NCBI GenBank assembly: GCA_011109175.1
Contig: RDEW01000005.1
Coordinates: 838,124 to 902,123, forward strand
Source of the DNA: Dicyema japonicum
Taxonomy: Eukaryota; Animalia; Dicyemida
Reading direction: 5' to 3'
DNA length: 64,000 nucleotides
Shown here: piece by piece, positions 36,161 through 49,826 of the stretch
Position numbering within the stretch: the stretch's first letter is position 1
Layout of the letters: each line of letters starts with the position of its first letter
Notes under the pieces: generated by a model
Databases searched by the model: none
Told to the model about the DNA's origin: nothing
What the model saw: only the letters and a program-made list of their open reading frames with translations
Made by a program: the position numbers and the translations under genes

Positions 36161-36520
36161 AAAAAACCAGTAAGGGGAACAAGCTTTTGGATTGGTGACC
36201 GCAAATTGTTCTTTTACTGTGAAATTGAGTTCACAATTGACGTCACAGTGTAAGAAAAAGGTATGTCCTTTTAAGATCCCGGCCAGGAATTGAACGTCCC
36301 CATAGACAAATGGACGAAGAAAGTCGTTTAGGAGTTGATGAAGGAACAGATCAGAACGAAATATTTCGCCACGTGGGCAGTTCGTACCAACCACTGTGCT
36401 ACCTGTTTTAAGTATCGATAAACAAATATTGCTGAGTCATTAACCACACCTCAAATATAATTTAAATTTAAATTAATTACCGAATTTAAATTAAATTTGA
36501 AAAAACGATTTAATCCTGTT

Positions 36521-37191
36521 ATGCCGAAGCTCGTTCGTCTTACTTTGAATACTTCAGCACTTTTTATCTGCGATATACAAACGAAATTTGCACCGACAAT
36601 CAAATACTTCAAGGAAATAGCAGCCAATGCTAACCGCCTAACGAGCTGCTGTAAAAATATAAATGTGCCAATATTGGCTACGGAACAGTACCCTAAAGGT
36701 AAATTATAACCTAAATCAAGGCTTGGGTCACATCACGCCTGAGATAAACATCGAAGGAGTCACGGTATTTCCCAAGACTAAATTTTCAATGTGCATCCCA
36801 GAAGTAACAGATTGGCTTAAAAATAAATGTTTATTATTTAAACTATTTTTATTTTAAATTTTAAATTATTGATAGCAAATATCGAAAATGTCGTCTTGTG
36901 TGGAATTGAGGCTCACGTATGTGTTCAGCAAACTGCCTTTGATCTGATTGATTCAGGTTACAATGTCTACATTCCAGTGGATGCTGTTTCTGCGCGTACA
37001 ATGACTGACAGGTTCTTACATTTGTTTTATCCTGCAGGAAATATGCGTTTGAAAGAATTTCAAGGGCTGGGGCTTACCTCACCACTGCAGACAGTGTTAT
37101 ATTTGAGCTTTGTGGGGATGCGAAGGACCCCAGTTTTAAGAGCATTCAGAAAATAGTTTTTGATCCTCCGAGCGACAGTGGACTTTATTAG
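36521..37191 (+). CDS. ISOC: Isochorismatase domain-containing protein (ISOC1/2 family)
   Basis: ALFICDIQTKF...TEQYPK/GLGHI...FPKTKFSM...VVLCGIEAHVCVQQTAFDL...VDAVSAR...DSGLY*. Introns of 22, ~47 and 26 nt. Confidence 0.92.
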
Positions 37192-38284
37192 TTTCTCTGT
37201 TATCTCGTCAATAATAATTTAATTTTTTTGGTTTAATATGTGGTTGGATGAGATTTTATATGCTCTCCCTTTTTAGCACGTTTTTTTGTGAAGGTAATAT
37301 ATTAAAAAAAGCAATTTCAAGAGTTTGTTGACCTGTTAGCGTTCCATGGACTAGCTGTCGGGACAAGTGGAACGTCGAGTAGGAACTCTCTGTCTTTCCA
37401 TAACATCCTGGACATATTTAAAGCCGTGACATGCGCAAAATTCAGGGGTCCTCCAATTGATCTCATAGCTATCGTATTAGACAACGCCGCGACGATTTAG
37501 TTCGCAGGAATTAACAATTATCATTATTATTAAAAACCAAAGATCACCGACAAATTAAATAACTACATAGACGTCACGTGATTCCGGCCGCCTCGAGTAG
37601 CCATCTCATTTTTGCTCGGTGTTCTTTTTCCGGATTGGGCGGGGGTTTCTAACTTTTTTGGAGGGTAGTAAGGCTCCGGTTTTCTTCACTAATGTTCACT
37701 GGAGGTCCCAGCTTTTTGTAGCATCAATGATAATTGGTCTGGTGATGGAAGTAAGAGCCCGATTCGTCTCTTAGGAGAAGTGCTCAGAAAGTATTTGTGC
37801 TAGGGTCCTTCTTGTTTCTCTGTCGAGGGTAGATTCTGAGTCATCCACCAGTTGGGAAGGAGTATCAATTAATTGTTGCAAACAGGTCTTCGAATTGCTT
37901 TAGTAGAGAGTGGTCATGTATTTATTTTGACTTATATTTATCAGGAGGTGGCTGAAGAATCTTTACCAGTTCGCGAAGCATGTCCGCTATTTTAGAGATA
38001 ATAATACAGCAGTTCTTGTGTGGTTCAAGAAGTGGCAAAGGTGATCTGGTTCCGTGGTTTCGCTTAAAAATTCGAAATTACTCATGCAGAGGTGATCTTC
38101 AACTGGCAGAATGAGTGTTTCCAGTGGTGGGACGGTGTGAATTTGCTGCGTAGAATCATTTTCGGCACCACACGGCTTGAAATAAAAATGAAACTCGTCG
38201 CAAAGTTGTGTAAATAAAATAATATTTAAAATACGATATAAATTGAAAATATTTTAATAATAAATAAAATTTTGAAATTATAAC

Positions 38285-40400
38285 TCTCGGGGGAGGATTA
38301 TTGACTATCGTTAAGGATGGACTTAAATTCACAGATGTCACCCCTTCTGTATCTTCTTTCTGCGAAGGGGATCTTATTCTGGAACAGATTTCCATTGAAG
38401 TTCCCTTTTATTTTTATGTTTTACACTACGTAATGTCTATATCTATATCCCGCCTCAGGGGTCATGTACTACTTCCTACATCCCCAACTTATTGAGCCTG
38501 TGTGGACTAAAGGATCTGCTACTATGCGGAGACCTAAACGCGAAACATCCACTCTGCCTCCGGACTCAATCAGCCGACCAGTCGCCGGCGAAACATCCTT
38601 TCCTGCTCAATGATCTGACTATCCTTAATAATCCGGACACCCACGCAAGGATCCCGTCTCGCAGAAGGGAAAGTCCAACATCCAGGACCTGTCCTCTGTT
38701 TTCCCTCTATGTGTGGATGTATATCATGGAATGTTCGTAATGGTTTCTCAAGCGACCATAACCCCATTGAGTTGAGACCTAGAAGGCCTATTTGTTCACT
38801 GTGTTGTTCTACAAAGTTCAAAAATTAATTTAAAGTCGACTGGCAAGGTTTCAAAACGTATGTGGACAATAGTCTTCTTGACCTTACTATGATTTATTGC
38901 ACAGTAGAGGAGACGGCCAAGATTCTGTCTGCTATTATTCTGAAAGCTGATAAACTATTTATACCTGTCGCCTCTTACAAGAAGTTCAATCTAAGATTAT
39001 CATCACAAATTGTGTCACTCATCAAGAAACGAAACGTGATGCGCTGAAGAGGAATAAAACACAGACTAATAACTCCTACTCCATACGTTCACTGAATACC
39101 AAATTATCTGAGCATATCCGAACTAACAACAGACTCAAATGGAGCCGCCTAGTTGGACGACTATGTCACAAAAACTCTTGTGCCACATTTTCGAAAACAC
39201 TAAGAAGGATCAATAGCCTTATCAATGAGGAGGACCGCGGAGTTGAGGCCGTTACCCGTAACGCTTCGGAACCCGCACGCAAACTCGCAAACAAGATTAT
39301 GAGTACTACGTATCGATCAGCCATAAAAATATTTCCACAACAAGAACCACATTCCATTTTCTTCACCTCCGATGATCTTGAAAAGGCTATTAAATTGCTA
39401 CGTCCCACTCGTGCTTGTGGTCCCAACGGTATTTGCACTATTCACCGCAAACATCTTGGACCTCAGGCACGGGCCATACTATCAAGACTGTGCAACGACT
39501 CCATCAACTACCATACGCTACCTAATATATGGAAAAACTACCTGATTACGCCAATCCTAAAAACCCAAAAAACCAAAAGACGTTCCCTCTTCTTACCGGC
39601 CCATCTCAATAACTTGTGTTTTATTAAAAGTACTGGAAATGCTTGTGTTAATCCGCATCTCTCATGTTCTACATCTACCAGAGATTCAACATGGTTTCAG
39701 GGCAGACCGTTTTACAAAGACTCACTTGGGTTCTATCTCCCAGTTTATTACTGACGGCTTCAACATGAAAACACACTTACGGACGGCCTTAGAATCCATC
39801 GACATACAGAAGCTCTATGATTGTTCCGAGGAAACTCCAAACGCAAAAGATTTTTAACTCGAACTTATACCCAAACATCAAGCTATGGCTGAAAACTTCT
39901 TAACTGGACGAGGAAGGGTCCGTATTGACAAAACCACTTCAAAATCAAGACTACTCCCCAATGGAGTCCGCAAGGCTCCCCTTTCTCTCCTTTCCTTTTC
40001 AATTTATTTCTACATGACCTACCTACTACCAATTACCAGGACACTATGTTATTATCCTATGCGGACGACTTAATTATCGCTGCAAGAAATAAATCTCCTT
40101 CCATGGATGTAGCAACTGTTCAGACACACCTAAACCGAATTTGTGACTGGCTATCTGCAAATACGTTATGTGTATCAGCATCCAAGTCTCAGTTCACATT
40201 ATTCACTACGGACAGATGGTTTAATGGTGGGCTTGAGATATCCATCGGAAACACTCCCATTCCTTGTACGCGGACCCAGTAGATCCTTGATGTAGTTTTC
40301 GACTCTCTGTTGACGTTTTCGAGTCACGTGGAGGAGGTGCTTGCCAAGGGTCTTCGGAAATGGAACATTCTGAATGCGATGATAGAGAAGAGCCCGATCG
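38285..40400 (+). mobile_element. Degenerate EEP + RT non-LTR retrotransposon (I/Jockey-group-like)
   Basis: GGGLLTIVKDG, LLCGDLNAKH, ACGPNGI...WKNYLITPILK, QHGFR, YADDLII...SKSQFTLFTTDR. Many frameshifts. Confidence 0.85.
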
Positions 40401-41299
40401 AATTCAATCGAATTCCTTTGCAGAAGCAAGAGAATACGCTTCCGGTGTGCGGTTAGATCATCAGAAGATCATTTGAAGAGAGTCCGGATGTTGCTGGAAG
40501 CTGGGATCACCTAATTAGTTAATTTTGACACATCTTCCTGGTGGTCTTGGGTTAAATAAATAAAAGTTTTGTGTTACTTTTGATACGTTCACCTTTGTCA
40601 CGAGGGAAGAACAATGATTAGGTCGCTTTTAAAATGCATCGGCATCACGTGATAATTAGTTTGGTTTTACCGTTGTCTTGGCTTGTTAAATAAATAAATG
40701 GCTGAGCATTATCCAGATCATAAATTCTTTAGAAAACTCCCTGGATGTGTAATACTTTAACCTTTTAGTTATTGGATAACTTTGCGTTAAATCCGACGGT
40801 TGCGAACCTTCTACTCTGTGATGAATGCACTACGGGAACTACCAAAAAGGTTGTGTAGCTGGTGGAGGACCTAGAATATCTGACGCTTATTACTGAAGGA
40901 ATGTACTAATTGGAGAAAGATATTAGTATATAATAAATTTTAGAGAGATAAATGTCACAACACGAAATGATGCAATGTGAGCCTTCAGAAATTCTAAAAT
41001 AAAATATCCATAGACATATTTATTCAAATTGCATCTAGTTGGACTAATTTTTACCAAATCACGTTTCTCTCGTAATGTTGGATAACCTGGTGAATAACTC
41101 TTTCAGGTAAAACCAGGGTTATTAAAAAATTTCCTCGATTTCCGAAAAAAGATTGTTTGAACACATACCTACAGGAAAACGGTCCCAATGCTCTTTACCC
41201 AAATAACAATTGACTAATTCTGGTTAAGAACTCAGTGAATTATTATTATAGGCACGTACGCGATGCCAAGATCATGACAAAGCATGTGCAACACGAAAA

Positions 41300-41720
41300 G
41301 TTAACAATCTAATTAACGTCCCCCATCTTTTTCGATGTTCCGTAGCGTATCCTGAGATCTTCATCTAGAATAACCGGCAGTGTTGTCCTCGGCCGGCGCG
41401 GAAACGAGAAGCTTCTAAGACAAAATACTCCTCCATTGCTATGTTGGCAGTGGTCCCCATATCGTGGCGGAGTATGTGTCCAAAGAGCCTCCATCTTGAA
41501 TCAGTATCTCACATGATATTGGCTCAGTTCCTGTTCTCTTTGTATAAGATTTCAAACTCCTTCGATATTTTTGTCTCTTGGAGACATCCGATTGACATCT
41601 TGTATTTTGAAAGGTCTTCACAAAGTTCTTTTCTTTTCCATGCACTAGAGAGTCCTTTGACATTGAACGTTAAAGAGAGAAGTCATTTAGGTCGCAATTT
41701 TCGTGTATTTCAGACATACT
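41300..41720 (-). mobile_element. Internally deleted RTE-like element (EEP N-terminus fused to ORF C-terminus)
   Basis: TFNVKGL...KELCEDLSKYKMSIGCLQETK is followed within ~80 bp by RLFGHILRH...AMEEYF...RPRTTLPVILDEDL. Confidence 0.7.
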
Positions 41721-44099
41721 TTTGAAGAGGGACGTCTCCAACTTAACCAAAAGAATACACAAAGAAAATCATGGTCATCCAGTCATTGTTAAGAACCCTA
41801 GGAAGTTCTCGTCCACTATGGCAGACCCTACTTCTTTGAGAACTTAGTGGAGAGAACGGGTGCGCAGGTCATCTTACATAAACCTACAGAAAGTGCCTAG
41901 GATCATGTGACGTACATATGGATGGTACCTAATGTTATAGATGTTGCTAATGGTTTCTTTAAAAATAATCAAGGAAACTATGTACCTCAGTTACACACTC
42001 TTCCTTGAAATCGTACTCATTTATACCTCCTTCGGCTAGCAACAGTCCATAAATCTTAAATCTTTTTTCTTAGAGGACAATCACTAAATTCTTTTTTCAT
42101 CAAATTAATTTTCGCAAGCTAATTTTCTAAATGTTAGAGACCATTCAACAATTGTTTGAAAATTATTTTATAAAATTAGGTAAAAAACATTTTAGGGGGG
42201 AAATCTAGGTAAATAGCAGTCAACAAGTAAAGGTGAAAGAATCAGTCTTCCTATTGTTATTTCATTAACTTATTTTTTTAATCTAGTAGATGATAGAACT
42301 AAAAATGTGATTTCTTAGATGATGTTAGCACTGTATTGCGAATCTCTTTTCTAAAATGAGTGGACTAAATAATTCTTTTGTTTCTCACAAAACAGACTCC
42401 ATCAAGGAACTCCAAATTTAGTACTAGATGAGATTCCAAACCAGGATATTGAGTTTCATTTGACCAACTGTCAATAAAATAAAGTCTTGGACATCTTTTC
42501 AAAATAATTATTTGACTATAGTCTTAATTTTTTATTTTCTTTATTTTTGTTGACTACACATATTATTAGCAACATAAGAACTATCACACGTGCATCCTCC
42601 TCTCAGTTTTTCAATTTTTGGGTAAGGATCTCTTTAATTTTATACCAATTTCAAATCCGAACCTAGTGTATTTTACTTTTCGTAATTCCATCTCCACAAA
42701 TCCTATTCACAGGATAGAAATAAAAAAGAGTGGTATGTCTATCAAACATTAAAAAACTTACTTGAATGATTTTTAAAAATTGTCGTTGATTCGAGATTTT
42801 TCTTAGAGAATTTCACATTTTCAGAATTTGATGGCGAATTCGATATGTTTACTGTAAGGCTTGACGCTAATGGTCGTGAAAGTGAAGCCAATGGCCTGGA
42901 AACCCTATGTTTTATGATTTATTTAGAATTTTTAATAGTTTACAATTTCAACATTATTTTTCATAAGATAAATAGAAATGACGATTAGTCTGAATACGGA
43001 AAAAACCGAAAAGGTAAGTTAGATTGTGGGTATATATTCTTACAGGAGAAACTATTCTGACTAACCTAGGATTAGTTATTTAACAGTCTCCTATTTCTCT
43101 TAAACAACTGAAGCGGCTGAAGTATCGGTAAAACTGACTTGTCGAAATTGAAAATGCCCACGTGGTGTTGTATGAAAAATCTCTGGAGCAGCGATAATTT
43201 CATTGAAGGGTCATCGTCTTTGGTGAAAATTTCCAACTACCTCTTGCCTGGTGGTATATATAAAATATGACTTGTTTCCTTAATAACTAAGATTTATAGA
43301 AAAGGTATATTCGATCACAGCATGCTACTACTGAGGAGACCTCTATACGTTCACCACTGATTTAGTTAATGGACGCAGATTAATACAACTCTCCTTTTGC
43401 TACACAGAAAAAATTAAATATAATTAACATCTATCCAGTTTCTACGATCGGAGCGAGACAAATTCATTTCAAGCATGATGACTATCCATATGCGGAGTAG
43501 AATAGAGAGTGCCTGTCAAGCACTGAGCGTTTCCTGAGAAGTGGATCACATTTAATCTTATTATTAAGCACTTTCACGAGAGCCATAATTACTTCTGCTG
43601 ATGTGACTTTTTTTTTTGTTCTACGAGTCGTTAGCAGTACTACCGGGAAAGTTATCTTATTCCTTCCACGAAAACAGCTCTATGACAGACATAGTACTTT
43701 CCGTTGCTCTGTTTGGCGGGGATGTCAACTCTATTCTCAGGATATGCAGTTGTGTTGAAAACGTTACAAACCAGTTTTCAAACTTCTTTGAAAGAGATAT
43801 GGTCATTTATTGCATTTGGTATGGATTTATTAGTGACTGAAGAATTCATTTTAAGTTCGCGAAAACAGGTTGCTACACAGAGTTATCATACAGTACTTTT
43901 GATATGATTAACATCATGCAGATCTTATATTTTTACCAAAACTCCTTTGGAGTTTTGAAAAATACTTTATTTGATAATCTTTTTTGCTATTGAAAGATTT
44001 TTTGTGATGAAGGCGACGGTAAGTGCGTAATATACGATATATAGTTCAACCTTCTAATCTGTCATGACTGCTACTACGGGAACTTCCAAGGACTTCTTA

Positions 44100-46693
44100 A
44101 ACGTCAGGTTGAATGGATTTGTTTGAAGGGCAGAATTATCAGCAAATAGCCTATAAAACCCACGACGGTGTCAAATTTGATTGGGCAGAAATATCCGCAA
44201 TTCTCCTTTCCAGAATGTGAAATTTGCATCATAAATTGATAAAATTCTTCTTAAATTGTATATAACTTATTAATTACAAAATGTTAACAAAATCTGAGAA
44301 AATAGTATTAATTAATTATAACGAGCTATATAATTATCTGAAGTATACTTCTAAAATAATACTTATTTTACATCATATAATTCTATAACTTCCTGAGCAT
44401 GTTTATGTAAACGCTTCATATTTGAAAGTAAGCATACCTTGACGATTTTATTACGGACTTTTTTAGACATCATCATTGGCACATAATTGTTTGCTATATC
44501 ATTAAAAAATATTACGTGATTCTTTAATCATCCTATAGCAAATCCGTATTGCTCTAAACCATAATCTTTGGTCAAATTGTTCATTAAAAAGTTCTACTAG
44601 GTTATCAATCGATCTTTATTAAATTGATTTAATACCGATGATATTCGCGATAATGGATACGAACGTGATCCATTCTGTTAACTTATAAATTATCATAAGA
44701 ATCTCTTCAGACAAACTTGGATCGTAGGAAGCTTCAATCGAATCGATCATTAAGTTGCACAAAGTATTGCATATGGTATCATAGACAATTGAGCAATAAA
44801 TATGTTTGCTGTATTCCCTGTAATATAACACAAAATATACATTAAATAATGAACCATCTTAGTGTTCCAAACAAGATGTCGAAATTTCTTAAATTTTGTT
44901 ATATTTGCAATAACATTAAAAACTGGATATAAAATATATTTATGTTTAATATATTCTCGAAAAAAATCTAGAATTAAATTAATCCCGCCCAACTCTACAA
45001 ACAAAACAATATTTTTAAGGTTATCATCTATCACAAAAATAAAATAATTTTACCAAGAAGATACCAAATAAATGTCCAAGAAATATTACAAAATGAATTA
45101 TTTATTAATTCTTATTCTCATTAATATAATCAATTATTAACTGAATTTAAATTCACAATTACCTTGAGAGTGCCATAAAATCCCAAATAGGACAATACTT
45201 TGTCATTTAAATTCTCCATCGGAATATATATGCTATTAAGTGGATTTTCATAAATAATAAGCGTATGAACTAGGTTTATGATTGTCTGAATAATCAATGA
45301 AATCGACAGAAACTTTAATTAGTTAGTTAAAATACATAGTTTGATAAGTTCCATGGTTGTATATAGTACATCAAAAAATCTAAATCATTCATGAACTGAA
45401 AATATATAATCATGACAACCTCAGTATCTCTGCAATTATTTTTTAGAATAATTGATATTGTTTCATAAATAAGCCTAAATTACATAATCACCAACCATCT
45501 ATATGATTTAGAAATGAGTTTATTTTCGAATTTAATTATTAGACAATGCCTATAAAATATACAAACACAATTACATAATTGTTTTAATAACGTTGTGATT
45601 TTTTGATGTTCTCAACACCGGCAAATAAACTTAAATATACTACCAATTTACCCTCAAAAATCGTTCATATAGTGAAGATCGAATTTCATAATCACATTCA
45701 CAAATACTATTTAGTGTGTAACAAATAAGATCATCTTTATGTTCGAAATAAAAAATAGCATTGAAAACATTATGCATCATGTAATTTGAGTCAATCTATT
45801 AATAATCATAATTATAGGACTTTGTCATTATTTTTGAAAAATTGCGAAATTTTATCATAACTAAACTTCTGAATTCCTCTTTTGAATAGCTCTCTAAAAG
45901 TCAATTAGTAAAATACGGGTTTAATAATTCATAATTAACTGAGAATCCGGACAAATCAAAAAATTCTAAATTCTTGGCTAGTGTTAACAAAGGTTTGAAA
46001 TCACAGCTTATTTCATGGACATTTTTGCTGTTTGTATACGAAAAGTATCTCAATATAACAAACAAAAAACTTTAAAGATTCTGGACTGTTCAGACATTTC
46101 GAAAACTTTTCGAAATTGGAAATCATAATATTGTTAAAATTAATTTTTTCGAGTTTTTTTATCAGTTTGATTGTGTCGCTATAAATTGTTGTAGGATAAT
46201 TTTTTTTATTGGAGAATTTGAAAAAAGTTCAAGTGACCTAATTTCACTAAATCCGCTTTTAATTAGCAAATGTAATGAAATTGGGTCATCATAATCCAAA
46301 AGTGTGAAAGAATTGATATATTTGGAGTAAACTGCAGTAAAGTCAAATTTTCAGATGATATATCTTTGCTATTTTAATATTTATTAAATTTGGAAGTATT
46401 CGGCACAAATTTGCTAAATCTTTAATTTCAATTTGATTTTTGGATAAATCGAGGCAATAAACGTTATAACAGACTTCATGACATTTATTGAATCTCGAGA
46501 AATCATCAAAAATTGATGATATCATTTGTGAATTAAAATCATCAAAATATTTTATCTCATAATGTATTCTTTTAGAAATCATCATCTTTGACTTTGAATT
46601 TAAGTTATTATATATATTCAAATCAAATTTTTTTCGAAAATCATTTATACATATTGAATATAAAGAGAAAATCTGCATTTCGTTACTAAACAT
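44100..46693 (-). pseudogene. ZYG11/ZER1-like LRR-ARM gene, copy Z1 (frameshifted; pseudogene or assembly errors)
   Basis: SLYSICINDF N-terminus, LRR-like LDLSKNQI, and ARM-like DDNLKNIVLFVELGGINLILDFF...VFNVIANI...HLVWN resembling ZYG11 TDESPTTC..F...GLELF...LGLLNNIAEV. Confidence 0.6.
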
Positions 46694-47254
46694 TTGAATT
46701 AATTAGATTTTAAAAAACTTTATTATTAATTATTATTATTATTATTATTAATAATAAACTAAAATTGTAATTATTTAATAACGATTTCAATAGTAAACTA
46801 ATAAACAAATGACGATCTCAATACAATCCTGAAAGATCGATTTTGTTATCCTCCAGCTTGCTCTGTATCGATATTGATGAGGGGATAATCCATGCATCAC
46901 AGGCGTACTCAATACTTAGTAGAACGAATTGTTTGTATAAAAGCTCTGACGATGGGCGGGAAGATAATGGAGATTGAGTGAACGCCTAGAGAATTCAAAT
47001 TTTCTTTTGGATCCATTCGGTTACTAGGTCCACTTGATGGGTAAATGTGAGTGATGATCCAGGATGACTCCAAGGATTGAAAGGGTTTTCTTAATCGGAA
47101 ACGGGGAGTAATACAATGTAATTCGCGGTTTTGCCTGTAATTTTTTGGTGATGAAGTAAACGTCATTCTGATATTTCTAATTAATTATTCAAAAATATCA
47201 TTTAATTAAAATATAAAATTACAGTTTATTTAAAAAAAATATAAATAAATTTTG

Positions 47255-47700
47255 TGTAAGGATGGGAATAGCACAACAGTGTGGACTTAAGATCTGGCAG
47301 AAACAAAGATGCTGTTGTGTAAAAACAGATGACACCAAAGGAGTACATCAATTGTCTCACCTCGTCACGTCGAATTGTTTAATGTTATTCTGCGCATCTC
47401 GAAGATTCATGCTTCCTAGTTCAACTTAAGCCTGTTGGACTGGATCGTGGAGATGACAAGAGGCAAGACGGAATGACGCTTTTCCCATATACACACAGAA
47501 AATCATTGGTCGAACTGTTCTTGTGTTGATGCTTTCTACACTTCATTCCTTTTAAGATCTGCTCTGAAATCTGGATCTGCGGCCACGTTGCAGAATCGGA
47601 GACTACAGAGCCGAAAAAAATCGCTCTGGCTAAGGAAACGAGTCGGGATTGCCGTATTACGTGGAAACTTATATTCAATCCTATCTTCTAAATCTTTAAT
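47255..47700 (+). mobile_element. CRE-like RLE 3' half with internal deletion
   Basis: Colinear with the reverse complement of 21830-22470: PVGLDRGDDKRQDGMTLFPY...LWLRKRVGIAVLRGN. Confidence 0.8.
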
Positions 47701-47899
47701 ATCTAATTTTTTTAATAAATCGGATTCATTAAAAAAATTTACATAAACAAATATGGTACTTTTTGACTGAACGTCTCATGATATCGAATCTGACACTTGT
47801 AGGTTAGATGAGAGAGATGTTATAGCTAAAGTGTTTACACTTAAAGTCAATTCTCGTGAAACAGATCCTAACAATGTGGATCGTGTCTTTTGCCACTAC

Positions 47900-49200
47900 A
47901 TAGTTGTTCAAAGGGATCTTCCTATTTCCCCATCTCTCTTTTTAAGCAGAAGCTTGTACTTTACTATTGGAGAATGGATTTAATAATATATAAATAGAAC
48001 TATTGAGGGACTTGACTGAGTATCATTGCTTTTCGGAAAGCAAAGAGATTGTTAGATTGATATTTCTTGATCAGTAAAATCTCTCAGTTGAACATTGTTC
48101 AAGTTACATGCGAATGATCGGAGACAACTGGTTTGATAAGAAAAAAGTCTTTGTCCCTCTTCAATCTCATCGAATATCTCTACCTATACTCAAGTGCACA
48201 ATGCTCAATGGAACCTCTATTTGATCTAAACTAAAATATTGATTGTTTAATTCAGTAATTTCTCGTAAAGTTGCGCAACATTTTATATAAAGCTCACTTT
48301 CCAATGAACCATCGTCTATAGATAACCTCAATTTTCCTATTATTTTTGCGACTTTACACTTAAACAGAGAATCAGTAAAAAAATTTCAGACATGTTCAAA
48401 AATAAATAAGACATATTTCAAAATACTAACAGTATTTTCATTCTAACAAACTTTTTTTTACACATTCTGTTGTCTCCTCTAATCAACTTTTTCAATGCGA
48501 CAATTCATGATTTAACATCAAAATTATATGAAAGTAAGTTTTTTTTCAGAGGATTGTCGACAAATAAATTATGAATATTTATATATTCTAGATGTGTAGC
48601 ACATCTCACTTCTACATTCAGCGTCTAGAGAAGCATAATACACATTACTAATATTTCATAATATTAATGATTCATTTATTACACAATATCCAAGACAAAG
48701 ATTTTTCTTTAATGGCCGTAATTCACCCATTGTCAAATCATATGAGAATTAAAATATTGTGATAATTTACATTTTTATTCTAACAATCGAAATGATATGG
48801 AAAAATTCTTGTCATGTTAAATATGTGAATTGTCGAATATAATCTATCAATAGTATTGGTAGATCACTGTGTCGTCATTTATGGAATATTCTGGATAAAC
48901 ACTCAATTTTGAGACTAACTTGATTTCATTAGCTTCATCAAAAATACAAAAGCAGGCTGATGTACTTGCAACCCATGTGTTCCTAATGATATGGATTTAT
49001 TCAGACTTTGGCTTCGTGCAGTCAAATGGTTAATCGCAGCTACTAATACCTTCAAATCACCCGATCGAGTCTGGAAAGCGAAAATTATTATAGTACATCG
49101 TGGGGGAATACCTCCGTTAGTGATGTCTTTGAGTAAATGAAATCTGCATAAATTTCCCATCGCTTTCAATTGGCAATGAACAACATCGGAAGGTTCATTA
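47900..49200 (-). pseudogene. Probable more divergent ZYG11-like remnant (block X)
   Basis: 48626-49408 is duplicated at 62911-63711. Weak motif similarity (MCNY vs ECNY in Z copies); the adjacent 62737-62922 ORF resembles the ZYG11 ARM start. Confidence 0.3.
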
Positions 49201-49524
49201 ATAACAGGTGTTTAACAATCCCTAAATTTTAATATAATTACGATACAGAACTTCAAATTTAATCATATTATCCTATAACAAATCTCATACTTGGAATCAA
49301 TCTTACTTTGTTGATATTTTAATAATAAAACTTTTTTTTAATTTTAATAACTTATTATTTCTATACAAACAGTTAAAAATTACTAGAAATTCTTTCATTC
49401 AAGGCTGGCTAGTGCCCGCTACCATGATGGAACCCTCGTCCTAAAAAATTGCCATTATTACATATATTATAATTTACAATTAGCTTTTAATATTAACGTC
49501 ACAGATGAAAGGAAGAGGAAATTA

Positions 49525-49826
49525 GCCGCGTGGCGCCATGTGGTGCTGCGTGGTTAATTTGTTGAAGTTTTATTCTTGCTTGTCTGTTCCTCCTCTCTAT
49601 TCCTAATGGAGTGTCGTCATGTAATCCACCTGTCTAGGTGACGTCCAGTGCAAGGCCGGCACGAAAAAGGATCATTTGCTCTTCCCCACTCCACTGGAGG
49701 GGTTTCCACGACTGCATATACTGGACGTCTAACCTTTTATGCTGATTCCGGATGGACTCTGTTTCTATAAAAGTGGAAACTGGATACACTTAATTAGTTG
49801 GTTACTTTAACTTCTTTCTCGGTGTA
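49525..49826. mobile_element. ~300 bp interspersed element, copy 2 (empty site in duplicated block near 63890)
   Basis: Flanks aaatta | acaacc are contiguous in the paralogous block (aaattacaaccaattagctaaaagc, ~63891-63920). Confidence 0.85.

Noticed and set aside
2634-37191. Stop-codon reassignment or Euplotes-type AAA-TAR frameshifting in nuclear genes
   Set aside because: Genes end at normal TAG/TGA, internal stops fall in introns, and frameshift sites lack a shared slippery motif.
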